DNA of 64,000 bases from Flavobacteriales bacterium (GTDB taxonomy: Bacteria > Bacteroidota > Bacteroidia > Flavobacteriales > UBA7312). The translations under genes and the position numbers were made by a program. Of this stretch, positions 39,545 to 48,535 are shown piece by piece. Position 1 is the stretch's first letter, and each line of letters starts with the position of its first letter. The stretch is taken from positions 103,649 to 167,648 of the forward strand of contig JADHMQ010000002.1 of NCBI GenBank assembly GCA_016779935.1, in the 5' to 3' direction. The notes below the pieces were generated by a model. It did not search any database and was not told the DNA's origin. It was given only the letters and a program-made list of their open reading frames with translations.

Positions 39545-40813
39545 ATGGATAGTCTCACAAAAATAGCCGTTGGTTTAGATATCGGTACAACTAAAATTAC
39601 TGTTATTATTGGTCGAAAAAACGAACACGGTAAAATAGAAATTCTTGGTATGGGTAAGGCACCATCAACAGGTGTTATGCGTGGTATTGTGTCTAATATT
39701 GATAAAACCACTCAATCCATTCAAAAAGCCTTGGAAGAAGCCATTGATTCTTCAGGATTAGAACTTAAAAATGTGAATGTTGGTATTGCAGGTCAGCACA
39801 TAAAAAGTTTACAACACAGAGGCCAACTCGTCAGAGAAAATCTAGAAACGGAGATTAATGATGCCGACATCAACAAGCTAATGCAAAACATGTACAAACT
39901 AGTGATGGTGCCAGGCGAAGAAATCATACACGTTATACCTCAAGAATATATTGTTGATAAGCAAGATAATTTCCCAGACCCAAGAGGAATGGTCGGCGTT
40001 CAGATAGAAGCTAACTTTCATATTATAACCGGTCAGACAGCCGCTATCTCTAATATTAAAAAGTGTGTAAATAATGCTGGTCTTGCCATGACTGACCTTA
40101 CCCTTGAGCCTTTAGCATCTGCCACTTCTGTACTAGATGTTCAAGAATTAGAAGCTGGAGTTGCACTTGTAGATATCGGAGGAGGAACTACTGATGTTGC
40201 TATTTTTAAAGACGGAATAATACGACATACTGCAGTAATTCCCTTTGGAGGAAACATTATAACACAAGATATTAAAGAAGGCTGTTCCATATTAGAAAAT
40301 CAAGCAGAACTCTTAAAAGTAAAATTTGGCTCTGCCCTTGCAAGTCAGAATAAAGAAAATGAGATTGTGTCAATTCCAGGATTAAGAGGAAGAGAACCAA
40401 AAGAAATCTCACTCAAAAACTTAGCCAATATTATTCAAGCTAGAGTAGAAGAAATCATTGAGTTAGTACACCATCAGATTAAAAACTCAGGTTATGAAAG
40501 AAAACTAATTACAGGAATTGTGCTTACAGGTGGTGGCAGCCAACTTAAACACATTGGACAATTAGTAGAATTCCACACCGGAATAGAATGTAGAATAGGC
40601 TATCCAAACGAGCATTTATCATCCAATTCACCGATAGATGTAAGTAGCCCAATGTATGCTACAGGTGTAGGGTTAGTAATGAAATTTTTAGAAGAAGATA
40701 ATGGCGATGAGCTAAGTACAAACTCTAGTAAAACAACAAATAATGGAGGAATGGGCGACTTCTTTAAGAAGATGCTCGATAAAATTGATAATTTTTTAAC
40801 AAACGACGAATAA
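39545..40813 (+). CDS. ftsA: cell division protein FtsA
   Basis: Actin-like ATPase motifs (GLDIGTTKI, VDIGGGTTDV, LTGGGSQL). Start moved from the track TTG (39527) to the ATG at 39545. Confidence 0.9.
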   Translation: MDSLTKIAVGLDIGTTKITVIIGRKNEHGKIEILGMGKAPSTGVMRGIVSNIDKTTQSIQKALEEAIDSSGLELKNVNVGIAGQHIKSLQHRGQLVRENLETEINDADINKLMQNMYKLVMVPGEEIIHVIPQEYIVDKQDNFPDPRGMVGVQIEANFHIITGQTAAISNIKKCVNNAGLAMTDLTLEPLASATSVLDVQELEAGVALVDIGGGTTDVAIFKDGIIRHTAVIPFGGNIITQDIKEGCSILENQAELLKVKFGSALASQNKENEIVSIPGLRGREPKEISLKNLANIIQARVEEIIELVHHQIKNSGYERKLITGIVLTGGGSQLKHIGQLVEFHTGIECRIGYPNEHLSSNSPIDVSSPMYATGVGLVMKFLEEDNGDELSTNSSKTTNNGGMGDFFKKMLDKIDNFLTNDE

Positions 40814-40845
40814 ACTAAACTATTAACAAATTAATAACTAAGACA

Positions 40846-42486
40846 ATGACAAACGAAAGTGTATTAGCATTTGACTTACCAAAAAACCAATCATCGGTCA
40901 TCAAAGTGATAGGTGTTGGCGGAGGTGGTAGCAATGCTGTGAACTACATGTATGAACATGGAATCGAAGGGGTTGACTTTGCTGTTTGCAATACAGACTT
41001 GCAAGCATTAGAAGCTAGTCCAATCACAACCAAAATTCAGATTGGTGCAGAAATAACCGAAGGGTTAGGAGCTGGAGCTAATCCTGAAATTGGTAGAAAA
41101 GCAGCAGAAGAAAGTATTGACCGTATTGAAGAACTACTCGAAAGCAATACAAAAATGCTTTTCATTACTGCTGGAATGGGTGGTGGTACCGGTACAGGTG
41201 CTGCCCCAGTAATTGCTCGTGTAGCAAGAGAAAAAGAAATCCTTACAGTAGCTGTAGTAACCGTTCCTTTTTGGACTGAAGGTGGCTACAGAAAACAGTA
41301 TGCCGAGCAAGGACTTGAAGAATTAAGAGCAAACGTAGATACACTTTTAGTTATCAATAACGATAGACTAATTGAAGTATATGGAGATTTAACACTGAGT
41401 AGAGCCTTTGCTAAAGCTAACGAAGTGTTAAATACTGCTACAAAAGGAATTGCTGAAGTTATTTCACAAACATTAATGGTTAACATTGACCTTAATGATG
41501 CCAAGCGAGTATTAAAAGACAGCGGTAGTGCCGTAATGGGACAAGCGTATGCATCAGGTGAAAACCGTGCTATTGAATCTATTGAAGCGGCACTAGATTC
41601 ACCACTTTTGCACGATAACAATATTAAAGGAGCACAGCAAGTACTTCTTAAGATTGTAACCGGCCCAGGTGAAAAAGAAATTAGAATGACCGAATTATTC
41701 AACATTAAAAAACATATTCAAGATGTCGCTGGTTCAGATGTAAATATCATTGAAGGGATTGGCGTAGAAGAAGGAATGGATGATGAAATTAGTGTAACTG
41801 TTATCGCAACAGGCTTTAAAGTCAATAAAAACTTAGGTCCTGCCAAACCACAAACGCCAAAAGTTTATGACCTAGAAAATGATGAAACAGAAGCCGATGT
41901 TATAATAGATGAAGATGTTAACGATTCTACAACAGAACTTGATGCTGACGAAACGCCACAAGGGACATTAAACTTTGAGTTAGACGCTGAAGCACCTACG
42001 ATTAATTTCTCATTAGAAGAGGAGCCTTCAGAAGAAAGTCCAATAGATTTCCCAATTCAAACTGAAAACACTCAGCCACAAAAAGAAATCATTTCAGAAG
42101 TAGTAGAAGAAGATAATATCGACGAAAATGAAGTAATAGTTCATACTCTAGAAATGGAGGAAGAGGCTGAAGAAGTAATCACAGAATTAAAAGATGAAGT
42201 TGAGAAAGATGAGTTTACTCAAATTAATCATGGTATTTCAGCCGAGCAAATGGCACTAAGAAGTCGTCAGAGAATGGACAGACTTAGAGAAATAACCATG
42301 AAGCTTCGCACCCCATCAGGACTTACAGACTTAGAGAGTGAGCCAGCATATAAGCGACGTGAAGTAGAGCTTGATGATGTTACACACTCATCAGAATCTG
42401 AAGCGCCAAACTATGTTCTTGGAGAAGACGACGATAAAAATATTGGAATAAAGCCCAATAATTTCTTACACGATAACGTTGACTAA
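40846..42486 (+). CDS. ftsZ: cell division GTPase FtsZ with extended acidic C-terminal linker
   Basis: 546 aa. Tubulin signature GGGTGTGAAP and NTDLQAL. The globular core ends near residue 323 and is followed by about 210 aa of E/D-rich linker. Confidence 0.95.
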   Translation: MTNESVLAFDLPKNQSSVIKVIGVGGGGSNAVNYMYEHGIEGVDFAVCNTDLQALEASPITTKIQIGAEITEGLGAGANPEIGRKAAEESIDRIEELLESNTKMLFITAGMGGGTGTGAAPVIARVAREKEILTVAVVTVPFWTEGGYRKQYAEQGLEELRANVDTLLVINNDRLIEVYGDLTLSRAFAKANEVLNTATKGIAEVISQTLMVNIDLNDAKRVLKDSGSAVMGQAYASGENRAIESIEAALDSPLLHDNNIKGAQQVLLKIVTGPGEKEIRMTELFNIKKHIQDVAGSDVNIIEGIGVEEGMDDEISVTVIATGFKVNKNLGPAKPQTPKVYDLENDETEADVIIDEDVNDSTTELDADETPQGTLNFELDAEAPTINFSLEEEPSEESPIDFPIQTENTQPQKEIISEVVEEDNIDENEVIVHTLEMEEEAEEVITELKDEVEKDEFTQINHGISAEQMALRSRQRMDRLREITMKLRTPSGLTDLESEPAYKRREVELDDVTHSSESEAPNYVLGEDDDKNIGIKPNNFLHDNVD

Positions 42487-42488
42487 TC

Positions 42489-42923
42489 ATGGATATTAAT
42501 AAACACATTAAAGAAGCCATGTTGGCTAAAGATTCGGTAAGGCTTTCATCATTGCGAGCAATTAAATCTGCTTTTTTAATGGCACAAACTGAAAAGGGTG
42601 CAGGAGAACTAGATGATGCTGCCAAGCAAAAAATCATACAAAAACAAGTTAAGCAAAGAAAAGATGCAGCAGCTATATATCTTGAGCAAAACCGTCAGGA
42701 TTTAGCAGATGATGAATTAGCTCAAGTATCAATCTTAGAAGAGTTTTTGCCAGAAAAGCTAAGTGAGGATGAAATCCGTGAAACGGTATCTTCAGTAGTC
42801 AACCAAATGGGGGCTACAAGCATGGCAGATATGGGTAAAGTAATGGGCGCTGCTAATAAGCAATTAGCTGGAAGAGCAGATGGCAAACTCATTGCTCAAA
42901 TTGTAAAATCAATATTGTCGTAG
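42489..42923 (+). CDS. GatB/YqeY domain-containing protein
   Basis: 144 aa. Typical YqeY pattern (IKEAMLAKD, LRAIKSA, EFLPEKLSEDE, MGKVMG). Confidence 0.8.
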   Translation: MDINKHIKEAMLAKDSVRLSSLRAIKSAFLMAQTEKGAGELDDAAKQKIIQKQVKQRKDAAAIYLEQNRQDLADDELAQVSILEEFLPEKLSEDEIRETVSSVVNQMGATSMADMGKVMGAANKQLAGRADGKLIAQIVKSILS

Positions 42924-42952
42924 TTAATAAAGTTTAGTTCAGTTGAAGAAAA

Positions 42953-42981
42953 GTCCTTGCCGTTTGGTAAGGGCTTTTTTT
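42953..42981 (+). terminator. rho-independent terminator ending the dcw/yqeY transcription unit
   Basis: GTCCTTGCC-GTTT-GGTAAGGGC (9 bp including two G-U pairs on the plus-strand RNA), followed by TTTTTTT. The T-tract overlaps the gldD stop on the other strand. Confidence 0.75.
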
Positions 42982-43531
42982 ATTCCCATTTCCAGCTTTC
43001 AATGATTTTGTAAATATCATCTTTAATGAAATTACTGATAGGAATAATAGAATCATTTACAGCCGTATTGAAATACAATGCCCCTCTAACAAAATGCTTT
43101 GTGCTATCAGTTAAAAAGAACTGTAATGGAGTGGCCGTATTACCTTGAAAAGTATATACCATTCCATAGACCCCAAGAGAATCATTCAGGAATTGTTGTT
43201 CGCTGATGGCTTCAGCCTTTTGTGCGTGCTTATAAGCCAATTCCCTACTGTCTTCAGTAAAATTATACAAGTTATTATTCAAAGGCTTGTAGCTCATATG
43301 AAGAGTTCCGTTTAGAGATGTAAACTCTAAATCAAACCAAAACTTATTTTCATCATGAAAATTTAGAGCAGTATACGATGGTTGTTGAAAGCTAAATGGA
43401 CAATGATTCTGTACTAAAAAGGTAGACTTTTGAGGGAAATCAATTCTAGGGTAGCCACTTGGTTTTGGAGTATAACTATCGTTACAGGCGAAAACAGTCA
43501 AGGCAAGACATATCAGTAAAAACCTATTCAT
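42980..43531 (-). CDS. gldD: gliding motility lipoprotein GldD
   Basis: Lipoprotein signal MNRFLLICLALTVFAC|NDS. Immediately downstream of, and overlapping, gldE (ATGAATAG), which is the classic mutY-ssb-gldE-gldD synteny. Start moved from 43618 to 43531. Confidence 0.75.
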   Translation of the reverse strand: MNRFLLICLALTVFACNDSYTPKPSGYPRIDFPQKSTFLVQNHCPFSFQQPSYTALNFHDENKFWFDLEFTSLNGTLHMSYKPLNNNLYNFTEDSRELAYKHAQKAEAISEQQFLNDSLGVYGMVYTFQGNTATPLQFFLTDSTKHFVRGALYFNTAVNDSIIPISNFIKDDIYKIIESWKWE

Positions 43532-44834
43532 CAATAGTGATTTTAATACGTTTAACTCTTGTTCTATCAACAGATTCAACCGTAAAGGTGTATTGCTTAA
43601 ATACAAGTCGTTCTTCATGCTTAGGGATGTCGCCCTTCATTTCAAGAATTAAGCCAGCAAGAGTGTCTGATTCACCTTTTATATCATCAAAAAAATCAAT
43701 TTCCCCATCAATTGTTTTAAGCACATCGTTTAAAGATGTTTTACCTTCAAAAATAAAATTAGCATTATCTAATTTAGAAAATTGTATTCCATCGTCATCA
43801 AATTCATCATTAATATCACCTACAATTTCTTCGATAATATCTTCAAGAGTAACAATTCCCGAAGTCCCACCATATTCATCAACCACTACAGCAAGATGAG
43901 TCTTTTTTTCTTGGAATTCTTTCATTAAGTCATCAATCATCTTTCCTTCCGGAACAAAGAAAGGAGTTCTAATAAGTTTAACCCAATCGAAGGCGTCCTT
44001 TTCCAGGAAGGGCAGTAAATCTTTGATGTATAGAATACCCAAAATGGTGTCAAAATTTTCTTTAAAAACAGGAATTCTTGAATATCCACAAGAGATAACC
44101 GTTTTTCTAACCTCATTGAAGTCGGTATTCTGTTCAATAGCTGTAACATCAACTCTTGACTTCATAATTTCTTTTACCTGAATATTGCCGAACTCCACAA
44201 TACTTCTAAGAATTCGTTTTTCTTCTTCTTTGGTGTCGTTTTCTCCTGCTAAATCAAGAGCAGAAGATAAATCATCTACTGAAATTTTATAACCTTTCGA
44301 TCTAAATCTTTTTTCAATAATCGAGGTTGAAGAAACTAGTAATTGACTTAAGGGTTTGAAAAAATTTGAAAGAATACTAAGAGGTGTGCTCATCATTTTA
44401 GCAAAGGCTAATGTATTTTGGTTAGCATAAACTTTTGGGATTACCTCGCCTAAGAGTAATAAAGCAAATGTTACTACTACTACTTGAATAATAAAGCTCA
44501 AAATTGGAAAATTGGTAAAATCAAATAATCGATTAGTTATGAATGTAGATAGCATAACTATAGCAACATTTATAAAATTATTTGAGATTAAAATTGTTGC
44601 CAATAAGTGATTAGGCTTCTGCATGAGTTTTTTAATCTGGCTAATAGAATCTATATCCTTGGTATCAAGCTTTGATGAATCTAACGAGAAAAAAGCTACT
44701 TCAGAACCTGAAATTAAAGCCGAAAAAATTAGCAAAAGTAATATGCTGAACACAGCAAATACTAAGCTCATGTCAAAGCTTTGGTTAGCAATAGTTAATA
44801 AAAAGGTGATGATCTGTTCAGGGTCTTCGTCCAA
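43524..44834 (-). CDS. gldE: gliding motility-associated protein GldE (DUF21-CBS-CorC/HlyC family)
   Basis: 436 aa. N-terminal DUF21 membrane domain, a CBS pair, and a C-terminal CorC_HlyC domain. Synteny with ssb and gldD as in F. johnsoniae. Confidence 0.8.
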   Translation of the reverse strand: MDEDPEQIITFLLTIANQSFDMSLVFAVFSILLLLIFSALISGSEVAFFSLDSSKLDTKDIDSISQIKKLMQKPNHLLATILISNNFINVAIVMLSTFITNRLFDFTNFPILSFIIQVVVVTFALLLLGEVIPKVYANQNTLAFAKMMSTPLSILSNFFKPLSQLLVSSTSIIEKRFRSKGYKISVDDLSSALDLAGENDTKEEEKRILRSIVEFGNIQVKEIMKSRVDVTAIEQNTDFNEVRKTVISCGYSRIPVFKENFDTILGILYIKDLLPFLEKDAFDWVKLIRTPFFVPEGKMIDDLMKEFQEKKTHLAVVVDEYGGTSGIVTLEDIIEEIVGDINDEFDDDGIQFSKLDNANFIFEGKTSLNDVLKTIDGEIDFFDDIKGESDTLAGLILEMKGDIPKHEERLVFKQYTFTVESVDRTRVKRIKITIDE

Positions 44835-44856
44835 AAGTTATCTTTTAAGTTAAAAT

Positions 44857-45279
44857 TTAGAATGGTAAATCGTCGTCAGGTGCATCTTGAACGGGAGGAG
44901 TTGCACTACTGTAGGCATCAACAATACTTTCAGAGTTGTCAGATTTTTTACCAAGCATTTCTAAGTTGTCACACATTATTTCAGTTGTATACCTTGTCAC
45001 GCCATCTTTATCTTCCCAGGATCGGGTTCTCAGTTTGCCTTCTATGTATACACTATTTCCTTTTTTGAGGTAAGGCTCCACTACTTTTGCAGCTAATCCG
45101 CCTCTAGCTACAATGGTATGCCATTCAGTTTGTGTCACTTTTTCGTTAGTGTCTTTTTTAGTATAAGTTTCGGAAGTTGCTATTGGGAAACGGGCTAAAG
45201 AGCCGCCGTTTTCAAAATGCCTTACTTCAGGGTCTTTTCCTAGATTTCCAACTAGAATTACTTTGTTTACGCTAGCCAT
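44857..45279 (-). CDS. ssb: single-stranded DNA-binding protein
   Basis: 140 aa. OB-fold N-terminus (MASVNKVILVGNLGKDPE) and an acidic tail ending DDDLPF. Confidence 0.95.
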   Translation of the reverse strand: MASVNKVILVGNLGKDPEVRHFENGGSLARFPIATSETYTKKDTNEKVTQTEWHTIVARGGLAAKVVEPYLKKGNSVYIEGKLRTRSWEDKDGVTRYTTEIMCDNLEMLGKKSDNSESIVDAYSSATPPVQDAPDDDLPF

Positions 45280-45336
45280 TTTTTATGATTTAAGGGTTTC
45301 ACATTCATATCCAAATATAATTAAAAAATAAATGAG

Positions 45337-46371
45337 TTAATTTATTAAGTTAAGGTATTTTTCAACTAGCCTCGGAATGGCAAGCATATTCAAATCCGCA
45401 ATTTTAATAGTTTTAAATGAATGATTTTGAAGTTGATTATTACAATTTATTTCCCAAAAACGAGCATGTATTACCCTATGACTTAAAATGTGTTTTATTT
45501 CTTTAACAGAGGCAACTTCAATGCTAGAATTTTTAGTCCATTTCTGAAATGTGTCATTTTTCAAAATGCGTTTCTCTATTTTTTTCTCAGTATTTACAAT
45601 TAACGGAAATTCAAATAAATTCATCCATAGGCCTTTTTCAATACGTTTATTTACCAATGTGTTATCGTTAAACTTGAAGAAGAAGTAGTCAAAATATAGC
45701 GTTTTCGACTCACTCTTCTTTATCTTTACAGGAAAGGATTCAATAGAATTAGTATTAAAGGCAATACATTCATCACTTAATGGGCATTGCTCGCAATTTG
45801 GATTTTTAGGTCTACACATCAAAGCACCAAACTCCATAATAGCTTGGTTATGTATGTCTGGACGCTTAACATCTAAAAGCGTGTTAGCTAGTTTTGTGAA
45901 ATGGTTTTTTCCTCCAGAACTATTTATCGCTAAATCTATTCCGTAAAACCTTGAAAGTAATCTGAATACATTTCCGTCAACAACTGCGTGAGGCAGTTTG
46001 TAAGCAAATGAAGAAATAGCAGCAGCAGTATATTCACCAACACCTTTGAGGCTCAAAATATCTTTGTAATTTTTTGGAAAAGCACCCATAAGAACGATTT
46101 GTTTTGCAGCAAAGTGTAGATTTCTTGCTCTGGAATAATACCCCAGTCCTTGCCAAAGTTTAAGTACCTCTTCTTCATCAGCATTAGCCAGATGTTCTAC
46201 ACTTGGAAAATGACCTATAAACTTTTCGTAATACGGTAAACCTTGTTTTACTTGAGTTTGTTGTAAGATGATTTCTGATAGCCAAATATTGTAGGGGTTT
46301 GTCGTGTTTCGCCAAGGCAAGTCTCTTTTAAATTCTAAGTACCAGCTTATAATTTGAGGTGAAAATTGCAT
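45337..46371 (-). CDS. mutY: A/G-specific adenine DNA glycosylase
   Basis: 344 aa. HhH-GPD domain (LKGVGEYTAAAI), 4Fe-4S cluster loop CRPKNPNCEQCPLSDEC, and a C-terminal NUDIX-like domain. Confidence 0.9.
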   Translation of the reverse strand: MQFSPQIISWYLEFKRDLPWRNTTNPYNIWLSEIILQQTQVKQGLPYYEKFIGHFPSVEHLANADEEEVLKLWQGLGYYSRARNLHFAAKQIVLMGAFPKNYKDILSLKGVGEYTAAAISSFAYKLPHAVVDGNVFRLLSRFYGIDLAINSSGGKNHFTKLANTLLDVKRPDIHNQAIMEFGALMCRPKNPNCEQCPLSDECIAFNTNSIESFPVKIKKSESKTLYFDYFFFKFNDNTLVNKRIEKGLWMNLFEFPLIVNTEKKIEKRILKNDTFQKWTKNSSIEVASVKEIKHILSHRVIHARFWEINCNNQLQNHSFKTIKIADLNMLAIPRLVEKYLNLIN

Positions 46372-46434
46372 TAAGTCGTTGAGTATAAGGTGTTAAAAGT
46401 ACTGCTAAGTATCAAAATTTAAATAAAAAGTGAG

Positions 46435-46442
46435 TATATTTG
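46435..46442 (+). promoter_or_regulatory. Bacteroidetes-type -7 promoter box upstream of hup
   Basis: Exact TATATTTG (TAnnTTTG), 44 nt upstream of the hup ATG. Confidence 0.45.
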
Positions 46443-46485
46443 CAGCAAATTTAAAACATTTAAGCATCTTTTTAAGATTGAGGTT

Positions 46486-46773
46486 ATGACAAAGTTAGAA
46501 ATTGTAAACTCCATTTCAGACAAAATTGGTGTAGAAAGAGTTGATGTTCAGGCGGTTATAGAAGCATTTATGCATGAAGTCAAAGGCTCTCTTTCCAATG
46601 GTGAAGATGTGTTTTTGAGAGGTTTTGGATCATTTATTGTGAAGAAAAGAGCGGAAAAAACAGGAAGAGATATTTCGAAAAACACAACAATTATCATTCC
46701 TGCCCATAATATTCCAGCATTTAAGCCCTCAAAAGAATTTGTTAATAAAGTAAAGACTAACGTTCAACTTTAA
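46486..46773 (+). CDS. hup: HU-family DNA-binding protein
   Basis: 95 aa. HU/IHF fold pattern (FLRGFGSFIVKKRAEKTGRDISKNTTIIIPAHNIPAFKPSKEF). Confidence 0.9.
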   Translation: MTKLEIVNSISDKIGVERVDVQAVIEAFMHEVKGSLSNGEDVFLRGFGSFIVKKRAEKTGRDISKNTTIIIPAHNIPAFKPSKEFVNKVKTNVQL

Positions 46774-46823
46774 ATTTTTCTGAACGTAAAAGGAATTAAA
46801 AAAACATAAAAAAACATTTGGTT

Positions 46824-46913
46824 ATGCCGAACGGAAAAAAAAGAAAAAGACATAAGATGGCTACTCATAAACGTAAAAAGCGTTTAAGAAAGAATAGACA
46901 CAAGAAAAAGTAG
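46824..46913 (+). CDS. 29-aa hyper-basic peptide, candidate bS22-like small ribosomal protein
   Basis: ATG-initiated ORF missing from the track: MPNGKKRKRHKMATHKRKKRLRKNRHKKK (19 of 29 residues are K/R; 22 of 29 counting His). The core KKRKRHKM..HKRKKRLRK resembles the bS22/mS38 (AURKAIP1/COX24) motif as I recall it. Confidence 0.5.
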   Translation: MPNGKKRKRHKMATHKRKKRLRKNRHKKK

Positions 46914-46987
46914 AATATCTCTACTAGTATCAATCTAGGGATACATCCTATCTTGTGTAGGAATGTATTCCTGTATGCCACTTTATT

Positions 46988-48535
46988 TTGAAATATGAAT
47001 TGCTAGTAGATTCTAGACCTAACGAGGTTGTTATTGCTTTACTTCGTGATAAGCAATTACTAGAACTACACAAAGAACCAGTAGGAACAAAATTCTCAGT
47101 TGGTGATATTTTTTTAGCAAAAGTCAAAAAGATTATTACCGGTTTAAATGCCACTTTCGTTGACGTAGGTTACGAAAAGGATGGCTTTTTACACTACCTT
47201 GACCTAGGAGTTAAGTTCAAAACTTTCCAAAAATTTACTGAAAAAAACATCGGAGGAAAGCTAAATACAGCTTCTCTCAGAAACTTCAAGCATGAGCCTG
47301 AGATAGACAAGACTGGCTCAATTAACGATGTTTTAAAATCAGGAAATCATATCCTTGTACAAGTTGCTAAGGAGCCAATATCAACAAAAGGTCCACGACT
47401 TACTACCGAGATAACCATAGCCGGTCGCTACATGGTGTTAGTCCCCTTTTCAAACAAGGTTTCTATTTCACAAAAAATAGAATCAAACGAAGAAAAGAAA
47501 AGATTAAAAAAATTAGTCCAAAGTATAAAGCCTGCTGGTTTCGGAGTAATTATTAGAACTGTAGCTGAAGGCAAAATGGTTGCTGAACTTGATTCAGATT
47601 TAAAGTTTCTGTATAAGAAGTGGCAACAAATGTCCAAACATATAAAGAAGGTTAATCCGCCAGCTAAAGTATTAGGTGAATTAGGCAGAACAGCCTCTTT
47701 ATTACGTGATGTCTTAAATGATGACTTTCTTTCTATATTAGTGAATGACGAAAAACTTCACTCAGAAATTAAAGACTATATCACTACAATTTCTCCAGAT
47801 CAGGCGAAAATTGTCAGATTATACAAAGGCAATGTGCCATTATTTCAAAAATTCCAGATCGAACGTCAAATTAAATCATCCTTTGGAAAAACTGTAACCA
47901 TGCGCAAGAGTACCTACCTTGTAATTGAGCATACAGAAGCTATGCATGTTATAGATGTAAACAGTGGTAAACGTGTAAACTCAAAGCAAGACCAAGAAGC
48001 AAATGCTTTAGAAGTAAATCTAATTGCTGCAGAGGAAGTTGCAAGGCAACTGCGTTTACGTGATATGGGTGGTATCATAGTGGTTGATTTTATTGACATG
48101 TACAATAGTGAAAACAGAAAAAAACTATTCGAATCATTAGTTGGTTTTATGGAAGATGATAAGGCAAAACATCACATTCTTCCACCTTCAAGATTTGGCT
48201 TAGTAGAAATTACTAGGCAAAGAGTAAGACCAGTTTTAGATATTGAAACTAAAGAAGGCTGTCCATCTTGTAAAGGTACTGGCAAAATCGAAGCAAGTAT
48301 TTTGCTCATTGACGAAATTGGTCAGAAACTAGCCAAAGCTGTTGATAAAAGTGACGATGTTATTCTTAAAACGCACCCATTTGTTGCCAGTTACATTAAT
48401 AAAGGATGGTTCAAAAATCAACGCCGAACATGGGCTAGTGACTACGGTTGTAAGCTTAGAGTTGAAGAAGATACTAGATATCACTTATTACAATACCGTT
48501 TCTTTAACAAAGATAGAAAAGTAATAAACGTTTAG
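46988..48535 (+). CDS. rng: ribonuclease E/G family endoribonuclease (RNase G-like)
   Basis: 515 aa. S1 domain (GDIFLAKVKKIITGLNATFVDVG), DNase-I-like catalytic core (IEHTEAMHVIDVNSG ... GGIIVVDFIDM) and a Zn-link CPSCKGTG. The start is TTG. Confidence 0.85.
   Translation: MKYELLVDSRPNEVVIALLRDKQLLELHKEPVGTKFSVGDIFLAKVKKIITGLNATFVDVGYEKDGFLHYLDLGVKFKTFQKFTEKNIGGKLNTASLRNFKHEPEIDKTGSINDVLKSGNHILVQVAKEPISTKGPRLTTEITIAGRYMVLVPFSNKVSISQKIESNEEKKRLKKLVQSIKPAGFGVIIRTVAEGKMVAELDSDLKFLYKKWQQMSKHIKKVNPPAKVLGELGRTASLLRDVLNDDFLSILVNDEKLHSEIKDYITTISPDQAKIVRLYKGNVPLFQKFQIERQIKSSFGKTVTMRKSTYLVIEHTEAMHVIDVNSGKRVNSKQDQEANALEVNLIAAEEVARQLRLRDMGGIIVVDFIDMYNSENRKKLFESLVGFMEDDKAKHHILPPSRFGLVEITRQRVRPVLDIETKEGCPSCKGTGKIEASILLIDEIGQKLAKAVDKSDDVILKTHPFVASYINKGWFKNQRRTWASDYGCKLRVEEDTRYHLLQYRFFNKDRKVINV

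Noticed and set aside
41286-41705. 139-aa minus-strand ORF inside ftsZ.
   Set aside because: It is antisense to the tubulin-signature region of ftsZ and has no independent support.
43459-43899. 146-aa plus-strand ORF spanning the gldD/gldE junction.
   Set aside because: It is antisense to two syntenic, motif-supported genes, and its S-rich low-complexity translation is not convincing.
46760-46787. 7-bp inverted repeat ACGTTCA...TGAACGT spanning the hup stop codon, considered as a terminator.
   Set aside because: It has a 14-nt loop, a weak stem and no downstream T-tract. hup and the basic micro-ORF may instead be co-transcribed.
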